A stretch of DNA of 64,000 nucleotides. Source: Bugula neritina. Taxonomy: Eukaryota; Animalia; Bryozoa. The translations under genes were made by a program, and so were the position numbers. The stretch is taken from assembly GCA_964035545.1 (NCBI GenBank), contig OZ037767.1, positions 16,213,292 to 16,277,291 on the forward strand, in the 5' to 3' direction. How positions within the stretch are numbered: position 1 is the stretch's first letter; every line of letters begins with the position of its first letter. This document shows positions 1-12,807 of this stretch, piece after piece. The notes beneath the pieces are model-generated. The model did no database searches and was not told the DNA's origin. It was given only the letters and a program-made list of their open reading frames with translations.

Positions 1-1558
1 AAATCAAATACTAATAGAGCTTATATTATAGTCATTTTTTAATGACAAAAAGTTTTTTGAAAAGCTATTTTCGTTTTCACTTTTATCACAACACTTTACT
101 TTTCGAAACTTTTCATGTATCGAATAGACAACTCCTAAAGAACATGCGCCATTTGCCCATGAAGTGAACTTCGAGTTATAATAATGATTATTTACAAGTT
201 TGATCAACCCAATACAAAGCTACGTCTTTTTATGAGTACATCTCGCAACATAAATAAACGATAAAAATAATGGATAAAACGCAATCGAAAAATATATCAA
301 ACACATATACTTAAATCAATATTAATAAATAAAATTGTATCTAATTATAAATATATATATATATATATAATATACAAAACATATAAATAATAATTATGAT
401 ACATAATTATAACATATAAAATGTATATAATTTAGTATAATATATAATATATTGCGTTGGTATATAAAAATAAAAATATATTGTTATATATAATATGATA
501 ATTATAAATAAATAACATTATATATCAACGTAATATATATTTGGGCTATTTATATCAGTGCACATAACTTCCTAGAATATAAAAATAATTTTAGGAGGTG
601 CAACATAAAATGAGAGGACAACTATTTTTGAATTGAGTTTGTAAGACTAAATTCCTACTTGCTCATTATAGTTGTAATTGTGAAAAGCTGGTGCGAAGTC
701 TACAAGGGGTGGATTGTTTTCAAATCAATGCATTTTAATTTATTATAAAAATTTTATCTAAACCAAAAGATTTTAATATTATCTTTATGATATGTAAGTA
801 TATAAACTATGTAGTTAAAAAATTGTACTTTTGAATACATATTGCTGCTAAAAATATGTGTATAGGCATCAACCCCCTTGATATCCACCACTAGTTGTTA
901 TTAGTACTTCAAGCTACTAGCAGTCTTTTAACCAATCAAATTGAATTGGTTATCACATGCAGCCAATCGAATCTGTACATATTAACTGACCAGAGTAGGT
1001 GAACATTCGTGATCACTGCCACTCACTGACTCCCGTCGAGCCGTGATAGGACTTAAAATGTCCAGTAGAGGAATAGATATACTGGTTGTGCCCCCCCCCC
1101 CCGTTACCCCTACACATAAAGCATGAATTTTATGACCATCTTTTTTAGTCTTTTTACATATTTTGGTTTCATATTTAACTATAAAACTTAAACTGTTAAT
1201 GTTTTTGTTTGCTGCAAGAAGCATCAAATAAATCAAGGGATTTTCATGTTAATTATTTGCATTGCTTTACTTCCTTTCTATCTTTCTTTAAATAGAAATA
1301 TCAGCATCTTTCATCAATAAGATGTTTTATTTTACTTTAAATAGTTACTTTACTAATGGCAGTGGGAGACAAAATTAACCAACCGGAGTTATTATATAAA
1401 TTACTAAAATACAGTTCATTATGGTTTCAACTGGAATCTTGAACTTTTTCTCTAAAATGCTTGGATAAGACTATTTGCATATTCAAAGGTTCTTCGTCAC
1501 CACTTGGAGTTTGGTTTTATAAAATATTATAAGAAGTTGGCCTAAGTTTATATATTAA

Positions 1559-1709
1559 CCAATCACATGCATTCGTTACTGCATTTGCTCAACCTGGTTA
1601 CTTCTGAGGTATAGGGCTCTTCCCAGGAGGTAGGGTTCTTCCCAGAGTAGTTGACCTGGTTTTATGTTGACCAATCAAATTCAAGCACATCCGATTGTGA
1701 CTATAAATA
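1559..1709 (+). promoter_or_regulatory. Pol II core promoter of microprotein gene copy A (CCAAT boxes + TATA)
   Basis: CCAATCA at ~1559 and ~1671, TATAAATA at 1702-1709, ~84 nt before the ATG at 1786. The same layout is kept in copy B (TATA 2508-2515) and copy C (TATA 37986-37993). Confidence 0.6.
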
Positions 1710-1785
1710 CAGCAGTGTGTTCCGTTTAGGTTCAGTCTACAACTTATCTGTGTAACACATCTGAATCTGAACTCTATTCTCCACA

Positions 1786-2364
1786 ATGAGTAGCAACAGC
1801 ACATTTGGTGAGTGACTACGCATACAGTACTTGTATTTTTATAATTTATTAAGCACTGTTAAGTAGAATATTCTATCTTAAAATCTCGGAGCTAAATTAT
1901 ATCAAAGAGTAATTAAAAACATTTTCATCATTATAGTTGGAAAAATTTTTTTAATCTTTTTCTATTTTTAAAATGTAACTATTAATAAATTTTATGTAAC
2001 TTTAGTTTAGCATGCAAAGCCTTTAAAACTTATTCAAATCTGATTCTAATCTACAAACTAGTAATACTGCAAATTGTTTGTATAATATCACAGCTAACTC
2101 TTTCAGAACAAAGTATTTATTCAGACTAAAAATACTTGCTTATAGTACTAAATTCAGTGCAATACAATAGTGTAATACATAGTGGAGTACAAAATTGCAT
2201 AACCTTATATTTTAATTTTAGACATTAAAAAGCTCTCTCCAAAGAAGAGATACACGTTAATATGGAGAAATTTTAACATTCCTCCACCTGCGCACATAGC
2301 AAGACGATATGCTGAGATAACCCAACCAGAACCATACTATGATTATAATGAGTTTATATATTAA
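1786..2364 (+). pseudogene. Truncated tandem copy A of the LPPKKRY microprotein gene (exons 1-2 only)
   Basis: Exon 1786-1807 (ATG...TTT G|gtgagt), exon from 2222 (ttttag|ACATT). The exon-2 donor is replaced by the duplication junction (GA|gtttat), and read-through gives ...YYDYNEFIY* at 2362-2364. Motif here is LSPKKRY. Confidence 0.55.
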
Positions 2365-2591
2365 CCAATCACATGCATTCGTTACTGCATTTGCTCAACC
2401 CGGTTACTTCGGAGGTATAGGGCTCTTCCCAGGAGGTAGGGTTCTTCCCAGAGTAGTTGACCTAGTTTTGCGTTGACCAATCAAATTCAAACACATTCCA
2501 TTGTGACTATAAATACAGCAGTGTGTTCTGTTAAGGTTCAGTCTACAACTTATCTGTGTAATACATCTGAATCTGAACTCTATTCTCCACA

Positions 2592-3562
2592 ATGAGCAGC
2601 AACAGCACATTTGGTGAGTGACTATGCATACAGTACTTGCATTTTAATAATTTATTGGGCAACATTAAAAAGAATATTCTATCTTGAAATTTTGGAACTG
2701 AATTATATCTGAAAGTTATTAAAAACATTCTCATAATTAGGCCTTTAGTTAAAAAATCTTTTTTAATGTTTTTCTATTTTTAAAATGTAATTGTTAAAAA
2801 ACTTTATGTAACTTTAGTTTAGCTTGCAGAGCCTTTAAAACTTATTCTAATCTGATTCTAATCTACAAACTAGTAATACTGCAAATTGTTTGTATAATAT
2901 CACAGCTAACTCTTTCAGTACAAAGCATTTATTTAAACTAGAAATACTTGCTTTGTACTAAATCGCAGTGCAATACAATAGTGTATTACATAGTTGAGTA
3001 CAAAATAGGATGTATATATAAAATTGCATAACACTATATTTTAATTTCAGACATTAAAAAACTCCCTCCAAAGAAGAGATACACGATAATATGGAGGAAT
3101 TTTAACATTCCTCCACCTGCACACATAGCAAGACAATATGTGGAGATAATCCAACCAGAACCATACTATGACTATAATGAGTAAGTACTGCTTTACTGCT
3201 CAGTCTTTCTGTTGTAACCAGAATTCTTAGTCAAACTGCTCTCTGATTACCAGATAAACTTTCTCCATATAATTATTTATAGTCTAGATCTGTCAGGTTT
3301 GTGTTTGCAAGGCTTAAATTAACAATAAAGGCATATATTTAGTTAAAGAAATATTCTATGCAATCAGTAGTTCTATTAGATGATGGTGTAATTCTAAACT
3401 TTGACTGACAGAAGAGAAACTATTATGAGTCTTCATATATTAATATCTGGATAACTATTATTTTATTATACTTTTAGAAAGATGACAAGTAACCTCCAAG
3501 ATGGTGGACTACATACATATTATGTGATAAACTCTGATACTCTGGTGAAAAGGGGGAGCTGA
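2592..3562 (+). CDS. Unannotated 78-aa microprotein, copy B (3 coding exons)
   Basis: Exons 2592-2613, 3051-3180, 3478-3562 with canonical gtgagt/gtaagt donors, tttcag/ttttag acceptors and consistent phases (1,2). Product MSSNSTFDIKKLPPKKRYTIIWRNFNIPPPAHIARQYVEIIQPEPYYDYNEKMTSNLQDGGLHTYYVINSDTLVKRGS*. TATA upstream, AATAAA at 3767-3772. Confidence 0.7.
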
Positions 3563-3779
3563 ATCTGTCACATGCTGAGGAATTGAATTACTCAGCTTCC
3601 TGTATTTTAATAACTGATCTAAACAAGTTTCCTCAAGTGTAAAGTTAGCTGAAATGTCAAACTAGCATGTCAACATGATATTTCTATTTATATAACTATA
3701 TAATTATATGATATTGTATATAAATATATAATGTACTATATTTTACTTGATTGTATTATTTAAACTAATAAAACTTTTT

Positions 3780-4760
3780 ATATTATCTTGTATATACCAG
3801 GCGGGCTGAAGTATGAATGTGATTTGAATATATGTGCTTACAAATATATTTTATTTCATCTAATAATAGATTGTACTTTTTATTTCCTGCCAAACAAGCA
3901 ACTTACAGAAAATTTGAGTGAGAAAATCAGAGCTAAAAGTCTATTTCTCACTATTTCTGTAGTAGATTACATAACATTTTAAAGACTGCTGCTTTAACCA
4001 TATATAGTAACTGCTTTGAATTCAGCAGCAATCAGTCTGTATATCTGGTGTTAGCGAAGAATATTTTTAATTTGCATTTATTATTAGTTCAACACACCAA
4101 GCTAAGACTTTCTCTACATTTAACTGTGAAATTATGATTGCAGAATCAACACATGCCAATATAGTAGTTATAACCGCTAGTTATATTTAATATTTTATAT
4201 TTTGTTTGCTTAAATGATTATAAAGCTATTCTTTATAGGCCAGTAAATTTTTATTGGATTTATTCAGCTTTAACAGTACAAAACCATATTTTGTCACTTA
4301 TGCTGCCTATTTCTCTCCTAATAAACAAAAGTTTTGATTATTTTGGCATGGGCAAGTTTCTTCAATGTTCAAAGTCTTTCAGGTAAAAGAGATTTAAGAG
4401 TTCAATAGTTCAATTTATTTACAGGCCAATGAATGAAAATTTCATAATTACGTATCTTAATTATTAAGTAATAAAATATGCTCTCAAGAGACTCACATCT
4501 TTGAAAAGCTGTATGATTGCTGGCCAATCTGTGAGGATTAAAAATTGAGAAACTCAGAAAGCTAAAAATTAAAGCCTGTAAATATAAAGTTACATAATAG
4601 AGAAGCTGGTATTAGCTGGCAATTACAGTCAGCTTGGTAAGTGCTGTGCATCTGAGCTAAGTCTATGAAATCTGCTCTACTTATACTGAATTTGGTTTGG
4701 TAAAATAGTTTTCAGAGTTTAGGTTGTTTTCAACACAAAGAATAATTCACTAACCAATCT
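3780..4760 (+). repeat. Locally amplified ~1-1.5 kb dispersed repeat (one copy)
   Basis: Shared blocks (gtagtagattacataaca; ccaatc..gaggattaaa..ttgagaaactcagaaagc; gctggtaattacagtcag) recur at ~13.7-15.7, 17.9-19.6, 29.0-31.2, 36.3-37.3, 39.2-40.2 and 51.5-53.1 kb. Family and ends not resolved. Confidence 0.6.
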
Positions 4761-5399
4761 TAAGCAGTATGATGGCTGCAGCAAAAGTCATCAGCTGAAG
4801 CCATCATATTAATAATTTAATTAATTGCTCCTTGCTTTATACATGCATAATATAATTATTATATAATCTTATATTTAATCAAATATAATAAAACAAATAT
4901 AGACTTGTATTGTATATTATATCTATGATATATATAAATTGCGTTTTTAGAAAGGGGGAATTTAATAGTAAACATCTATGGAAGGGGAGTTGATGGTATG
5001 ACAAAGGTTTGGAATCGTTTAAGTTCTTATGGAATGAGCTGCACTTTAGCGTAGGTAACTTATAACTATTGTTTACATCTCGTAACTAAGTAGCTAGCCG
5101 CCACAATTAGCGATCCCTGACTCCGGCGCCAAAGGTTTCATTTGATTTAGTCAATGGCCGTTTCCGTAGTTACCAGGTTACCAAGTGGCCGGCCAGTTTA
5201 CAGACCGATACTATAATAATAGAAATAAAAATATACTCTCGTGTAGTTTGAGTAATATCATTATTTCTCAAATTAATATGGTACTTTACCCTGTTTACTG
5301 TCTATTTACATTATATTTATACTTACTCTTAGTCTTACTCTAACAATAACAGTAACGACTAACTCTTACTCTTAGTGAATTACTATCACTCTGTAACAC

Positions 5400-5473
5400 A
5401 CTAATACTAATAGTAATAGTAATACTAATACAGTAATAGTAATACTAATACTAATACTAATACTAATAGTAAT
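5400..5473. repeat. (ACTAAT/AGTAAT)n hexanucleotide microsatellite
   Basis: Direct reading of the repeat. Confidence 0.8.
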
Positions 5474-5897
5474 GGTATTTGCTATTTAGTATTTAAGCGT
5501 GTCATTCTTTAAATTAAAATCATTATAATATTATTTAAAATTAAATAGTTGGTAATCTATAACTTCAAATGTATAACAATAAATTATTGTTATAAACTCA
5601 AAGTTGAAGATTACCATATTAATCAAATGATATAAATTATTGAATATTCTATTATATTTATTATTATATTACTTATTCAAAAAGTTATTGTTATAATAAA
5701 CTTAATGATTTTAATTGACTTCAAGTTTAGGGTCAAGTTTTAATAATGGAAAATTGATCTACTACTAGTACTAGTACAAATTTTTAGATTCATGTTACAC
5801 TTACTCAATTTGAATATCAGAATATCTTACCCATGGTACTAGTCAGTTAATAATCACAATGAATAGTAATCACTGCATGCAATCACTATTTACAATC

Positions 5898-6790
5898 TTT
5901 CACCTTGCAAAGTCTTCTCACTATATTATCATGATCTATTCAATCGCTGTATGGTTTAATCCGCTTTTGTATGTATATAGATCTTCTCATCAGTTTTGGT
6001 AAGGAAAGTATTAGCTAGCGCCAAATCACTGCTTCTTGTATAATCTAGTATTTTCTCTCCATCATCATTCCTGACTTACCTTTATGCCATCTCTCAAAGC
6101 CCTCCAGTCTAACTGTTCAGTCATGTTCATTCAAGTCTCCTGCAAATATCAGTTGTTCTGATGCCGGGGTGCGTGTAATGGTTCTTTCCAGTTGGTTCCA
6201 GAATCGCTGCTCCTCCTGCTCTTTGCAACCCTGTCAGGGCGCATATACGGTCACTATGTTGTATGCCTTCTCAGGTGTTATTAATTTCATTGCCATTATT
6301 CTTTCAGATGCTCTCTTAGTTGCTATTACTTTGTCTTGCCACTCCTCACTAAGGCATATTGCAACTCCATTTCTCGGTCTTCTACCTCCACTATAGTATA
6401 GTTTATAAACATCTCCGATGTTTCTTGTTTTTCCTTCCTCTTGTCCTTCCTCCATCACGTTTCCTTTAAGCATACTATGTGAATTTTTCTTTTATTCATC
6501 TTGTCTGTTACCTCTCTACTCTTTCTTGTTAGGGTGCCTATATTAAGGGATGTCGACCTCAACTTTGTTTGCCTCGCTTGTTTTCTTCTCACAGCGTCAA
6601 TGCATAAGTGCCATTGCGCATCGCTTCCGGGGTATGCCCTATAGTGTTAGCTGTCTATATTCTGATTGCCTCTGGCATAATTGTTTGTGGGGCATGTTTC
6701 ATTAAGGACTAGATGCTCTTCCTGATGTCCACCCTCTGTGTTCACCTGAGCTCGTGACCGGCTGTTTGCTCCTCTGGTTTGCTGAGCATT
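5898..6790 (-). mobile_element. Degenerate RTE-clade LINE 5' fragment (AP endonuclease domain)
   Basis: Frameshifted/stop-containing translation includes SLNIGTL, YKLYYSG..RNGVAI, SERIMAMKL, IVTVYAP, IFAGDLN, RNDDGEKIL, LALANTF and TYKSG, which are typical RTE APE motifs. No RT present. Absent from the equivalent position upstream of copy 3. Confidence 0.85.
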
Positions 6791-7010
6791 CAGGAAACAT
6801 TCTGACTATCATGTATACCAGTGTTATTACCTGCCTTTGTTTAACATAAATTTTCATGTCTTTATATGTAAAGTTGGTTGTTGATGGTCTGGTTGAGACC
6901 TAGAACTTAATAGGTCAGTCTTTGGTTGGGAAAGTGAAGGACAAACCTTCACCGATGTAGGTTAAATATTATGCGTATCTTTTACAGGGTTTCCTTATCA
7001 TATAACCAAG

Positions 7011-10000
7011 ATGGAAGAATCCAGAGTTGTGAAAAAAAGACTAAACAATTCGTATCGCTGTGGGTACTGCTCGCAGTACTTCAACAAACTTGAAGATCCC
7101 AGAACTCTGCCCTGTCTGCATGTGTACTGCATGAGATGTTTGAAGACTGACATCGGTGGTAGGAAGGATCATATCAGATGTGCTTATTGTAGGTGAGTTA
7201 CAGTACATAACACAATATATCATGTCATAGGCTTGCATGTGATTTTCTCACCATCATCTAGGAGTTGTCTGATCTGTGTCTATGGAAAGCTAACAATACT
7301 GTATATTCTATATTAACTCGGGTTACTAACTTGTGGATAATGAATAAATTTTTACTAATCATTTAAATTCAATTTATATGCTCCCATTTTTGTATTTTCT
7401 ACCGTCTATAGTTTTATATAATTGAGTTTTCCTAATCATTGTAATTGAAGTCAAAGTTTTGACATCTAAAAAGGTGGCTATCATAATTATTAAGTACTTT
7501 GCTTGGTAATTAACAATAAGTTCTCACTTTTATTAGCAAACAACATTTTAGCAAGCAATCTTCTTCTACTTCTTAGATCGTTCTGGCCTCTTTCCATGGA
7601 TTGATCGATCTGAGATCAATTTATGTAAAGACAGTGATTGTGTTGTATAGTCTGTCGTCTATATATTATATGAATGTGTGTTGATGAGTGATGAGTATCT
7701 TTTTGAGTATTTGTCAAGGACATATAGCTGTGTGTGTTGATGGAGTATTTCATTACTTCAGACATCATATTATATTAGACTTCCTGGTATACTAAACAGA
7801 GATAACACACTGAATAATATATTGTAGGAAAGATCACTATGACATAACAGACCCCACTACTCTACCTGTCGCAAAGCATGGAGACCCCTTGGAATATAAA
7901 TCTCCACCCAAACCTGCACCCATGCCTTGCGATGTTTGTAAAGATGGAACAGAAGCTGCCACATTCTGTGTCGACAGTCAAAAGAGGTTGTGTCAGCAGC
8001 ATCAAGAAGTGAGTCTTTCTTATATCATTTCTCAATATTGGTTACTAAACCAGTTCTGGTTTGTGTGTAGAATATTATTGAAAAGAAATGTTGAGTCTGT
8101 GTGACTTTTTATACTAAACACACAGTTTCACAGTGCAGTGAGTCAACTATGACAGACTTGTTGGTGAAAATACAACCAACTAAACTGTTGACCTTTATTA
8201 TACAGAATCACAGAGAGCTGATGGGAGATAGACATCAGTTTATTGACATTGAGGTCTACAGAGCTTCTCCCCAAAGATATACTATAACTGAATGTGAACA
8301 TCATAAACAGGAACAGCTGACAGAAGTGTGTTCCAAGTGTCACCAGATATTCTGTATGAGATGTGATATGAGGACTGGCTGTAAGGATAAGACAGGTATT
8401 TACTTGCTGTTTCTATTTTTGTAGAAAGAAACTGGGAAATATTACACGAACCTGTTATTGATTATTCTATCATTAAAATAAGTTATGTAACAGCAAAAGA
8501 GGCCGTAGGTTTTTCAGACTGAGTTGATATGAATATTGAAACTAGATCTTGTGAAAAAAATTAAAAAAGACACGCTAACGGCTGGAGGTATTTGTCAACA
8601 TATTAAGGTTTGTGTGAGACAGAAGTGCATAGTGCAGGAGTTTATATTCTAACTGTTATGTTGAATATTCAGTATATTTCATCCTTCAAGTGTCTGTTTC
8701 CTTGATAAGATGGCATAGACATAACTTTAACTCACCAGTGTCCCACCTTTTTCAAACCATTCCGCCTTTTTATAAGTGTTTTCTATGAAGTTTCCCCCTT
8801 TTAAGAAACACTATTTTATATTTATAAAGAAAATCTGGGACAGGTTCTTTTCCCTAATAATTCTTTGAGTGTAAGAAAAGTCACTTAGTTTTTGACATAG
8901 AACAGTGTCTGCAACAACTTCAGTTATTAGCTTTGAAAGCATTGATGCTGCTATTAAAAGCTGTGAGTTGATGATTATATATAACTCATTCATTTTAGAT
9001 TCAGATTTTTTAGTGGAGCAAATATATCTACTAGGTATGCAGTAACTTGTTTATAGGGATCAGTTTGACTGGCTGCAAAAAATTTCCTGTTGTTTTTTGC
9101 ATTAAAGAAACTTTTTAACCTCCATTTGTAGTAGGACAGGTAGCAGCTAGGGTAGAGTGAATATTAGACACATGGATGTAGAAGTAAACTTAGATTATAA
9201 AGTGTAGTGTGGATAAATAAGTGAACTAAATAAAACGGAGGTTTTATAGTTATACATATACATGTAACTTAGAATACAAGGGAAGCGCTTAAAGAGCTGG
9301 AACAAACTGTGTGAATTTTTTAAAAATCAAAACCCCTTTTAAGCCCAAATTCTGCACAAGGAGGAGCTCCCCTGAGGTTGGAGCTACTGCTTTAAATTTT
9401 TTAACTACATTATTCCAAGTGCAGTGAATAATGAGCTAACCATGTGACATCTTTCTAGAATGTCCTTTTGTGTAAATTAGTGCTAGAGAAAGGTCAGCTA
9501 TGATCAACTCAGATAGCAATACTTGAGACAGAGTCCAACTGTTTAGTAATTACATAGTATGTGTATAGTGATACATCATCAACCTGTAGTTACAAGTAAT
9601 ATGTGTACAATATCATATCTAAAATATATTACTTTTAGTAATAGTGTGATTTTATGTATACAGAAGAGACAGTAGCATTCCATGACTTGGCATCTTTGAG
9701 TGATTTGTCTTGTGAGTTACGAGAGAGTCTGACTGGTGGAATAGAGACTCTGTCTGAGAAAGTTGCAAAGTTGAATGACATCTCAAAGGATGCCTGGAAA
9801 GAACTGAGTAAAATAGAAGATGAAGTGAAGAAGATGGTTGCCAGAGTAAACGCTGTAGCTGATGCTCAGGTATGCTGACATATGGTGATGTCATCTAATG
9901 TATTTCTGTTTGTCTGAAATTAGGTTTTGCATTTGGTCTTTCAGTTGTAATCAGAAATGAATTTCATTTGTCATTCAAATTAACTGGCCATTAAAGCATT

Positions 10001-12807
10001 ATCATTCTGTGTGCAGGTAGCAGTAGTCATTCATCATATGTAAGCCTAGGGCCACACGGTGCGTATTTTCGCATATACGAAAATTGAAATCACAAGTAGC
10101 AAAGGTGTCCACTGTATGCGTTGAGAAAACATTCGCACTTGTCGCTCAGCATTCTCAACGCAAGTGCGAATCGTCTCTGTCGTCGTCACTTAATTGGCTG
10201 GTAGTTATTCAGCGAGCCCAATTTCTTTATTTTAGTACTACATTCCAGTAAATTGCGTTTTATTAAAAGTGAGTGCGATTTAAAAATGAAAGCTTCATTT
10301 ATCACGCATCACTGGCGCTACAGTGGACACCTTTGCTACTTGTGATTTCAATTTTCGCATGCGAAAATACGCACCGTGTGGCCCTAGGCTTACTCAGTGC
10401 AGAGGAACCTGCATGTCAATACAGATGACTCAATCATCCTTCTGCAACTGTCAATCAATCACTCAGAGAGAGGTTGGCGGTGTGAGTGATTGACAGGTGT
10501 CAGGAGGAGGAGACTAGTCACATTATGTACTAACTCTCTGCTGTGTATTATGAAGTGTCACGTGACTGAGTCATTGTATTCTTAGTGGGTGATTTGTCAC
10601 TTTCATTTCAAGTGTAGAGGTTGTGAGGTGCAGATGTGGTTATCCTGTGTTACTATTTATTAGATAGAAAAGATTAGAAAGAGGGCTACAAACCTGAGGC
10701 TAGAAATATATGGATATTTGAAAAGCTGCACACAGATAGTGGATAATTATAGAATAGATCTGGCCTTGAGTAAGACAATTGGCAGACAGTCTCTGCTGGA
10801 CACAGTACAACATGCAGTTGATAAGTTCAATGATGCAGGGATTGTGAGAGAATACAAAGAGATGAGTGAGAAGATAAAAAAGGCTACAGATATTGGTGTA
10901 ATAGAGAAGTGTGTACTTCCAGACAGCATCTTGGTACCAACATGTAGGTGGAGTCTATAAATAGTAACACTAACTGTAAGTGATTGTCTGCCTGTAATCA
11001 GTTAAATTGCTTTTATCGAATATTTTAATAGGAGAATAAAGAGAAACCTCTGATAATTCGAAAAATTGATGGAATTTATTTATTAGAGAATTGAGTTTTG
11101 TTCTACTCTCACATTATGAGACATTTCTGCTGTGTTTCAGAGTTTATGATGTATAAGTGAGCTGCTAAACTGTGTTATGCTGACTACGTGCTGTCAGTAT
11201 TAACAAAATATTCTCACTTAGACCTGTGCATCACGTAGCAACTTGTAGTAACTACAGACTGCTTGTATTTAAAACATCTTTTCATTTCAAGTTTGAAAAG
11301 CTGTTCCCCACCTCCTCAGGTGATGAGATTCTCAAGTTATAGTATTGTTGTTTTGTTGTTGCAGACAGTGAAGACAGTCTGGGGCTGAAGCTGCTGCAGC
11401 CACCAGCTTCTCTTCAATCTGATGGACTTCCTGTACGTGGACAGTGTGTCTCAGTAAATATCTCAGCTGATGGACATATGATTTGTCGGACAGGAGGAGG
11501 TGTAGAAGTAATAAATAAAGACACTCTGGATACCATCAGCTCAGTGAAGAACACCAACACTACAAAGTGGTGGGATATAATCCAACCTGAAGGGGTGATG
11601 GTTGGCTGCTGGTATAACAAGAAGGAGAAAACAGCTGAAGTCTCACTTCTTGATCCGAACTCCTTTGAAAAGTCTCGCTCTGTCTACAAGCAGTCAGTAG
11701 ATGAGCTCTTCGCTTACTATAGAATAGCTCAGCACCTCTCACTGATCTATATTGTAGACAAGAGAGAGAAACAGCTGGTAGTCTGTGACCTAGTTGACAA
11801 TAAAATACAGAAGTTTCCTCTTCCTGAGATGGAGTACCCTCTACCTGTATGCATCCTCCCAGACTCAACTCTCCTCATAGGAGACTTCACTGTAGATGGT
11901 AAAGTGAGAAGATATAAAGTGGAGAACACAACTCTCACTCTGATGTGGGAGTTTCGTCACATCTCAGACCCAACTGGTATTTCCTTTGATCCAACATCTG
12001 AACTGATTCACATCTGTACACTGAATGGACCTCTCTTCATCCTCTCACTTGAAGGTAAATACTCTGTTTATTATAGTAAGTTTAGTTATTTTATATATAA
12101 TTATGTTGCAGTAAATAATATATTTTAATAATTAACAGTAAACAAATTCTACTCTTAAGATATAATATTGTTAGTATTTATCAAGTCACTGATGTTAATT
12201 TTAGCTAAAAGTTATGTAATAAAGACTGTAACATGCTGATAGTAGATGTTACATTCTTCATCACATGACTTGTAGCTAATAATAGTATTAGTGAATAATA
12301 CTGCCTCCCTACAATAAATTTATTTCCAGCTGCAGTAACATGTAGGATGTTAGCACAGGTAAAAGTGTATATTATACTGTATAAGGTGTACTATGTGTAG
12401 TGTGCAGTGAGCTCTTAGTAAACTCTCTATGTGATAATGTTGGAGTAGCTGCAGTAGTATTAGAAATAGACATGTGGGTGTGTTCTTGCTAAAAGCCACA
12501 GGCTAAGTTTGTGGGTCAAGGTCATTACAGTAGTATAATGAGACACTATTTTCTGCTCTGTTTGAATATTTACTTCATGCATATAACCTGCTTAGTTCCA
12601 TCTTTACAGGAAGTCTGTCTGTTTCTCTTAATACATACCACCTGCTACCATATGATGCTATTATTTACAGGTCAACTGGTGCTTACAGTTCCCAGAAAAA
12701 GTCTTGGTGTGAGTGGCCGGGTGCTGGACATTGCTGTGTATAACAGAAACACTGTGTTTCTAGCATGTGGATGTGATGGTCTAAAGAGATACACAATAAA
12801 ATACTAA
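7011..12807 (+). CDS. TRIM E3 ubiquitin ligase copy 1 (RING-B1-B2-coiled coil-NHL-like beta-propeller), 621 aa
   Basis: Exons 7011-7192, 7828-8008, 8206-8395, 9664-9869, 10664-10943, 11365-12054, 12671-12807: all GT-AG, phases consistent, 1866 nt. C3HC4 RING (CGYC..PRTLPCLHVYCMRC..CAYC), B-boxes (CDVC..CVDS..CQQH; CEHH..CSKC..CMRC), blade motifs (IYIVD, YPLPVCI, LLIGD, PTGISFD). Confidence 0.9.
7430..7620 (+). mobile_element. Relic of the CAC-ended MITE family in TRIM intron (also ~22385-22570, ~45045-45225)
   Basis: Clear similarity to 20530-20700 of the intact element. Confidence 0.65.
10044..10389. mobile_element. Tourist/PIF-Harbinger-like MITE in TRIM copy 1 intron 4
   Basis: ~70-bp TIRs GCCTAGGGCCACACGGTGCGTATTTTCGCA..., flanked by TAA/TTA. 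Empty site in copy 3 (~47622 catgttactcag). Confidence 0.85.

Larger units (their letters stand above)
1545..3180 (+). repeat. ~806-bp tandem duplication covering promoter + exons 1-2 of the microprotein gene
   Basis: 1545-2350 is repeated from 2351 (ATGs at 1786 and 2592, offset 806). The junction falls on an AGT microhomology. Confidence 0.9.

Noticed and set aside
700-1115. Possible small MITE (AGGGGTGGAT/ATCCACCACT) and Helitron-like start near 1078
   Set aside because: TIR short and imperfect, no TSD, ends cannot be defined by eye.
1598-1804. Repeated 68-aa minus-strand ORFs (also 2404-2610, 37882-38088)
   Set aside because: They are the antisense of the microprotein promoter/exon 1; conservation follows from the duplication, and the + strand has the TATA, ATG and splice signals.
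11365-12807. Diversity-generating retroelement acting on the propeller
   Set aside because: No template repeat, no intact RT, and substitutions are not adenine-specific.
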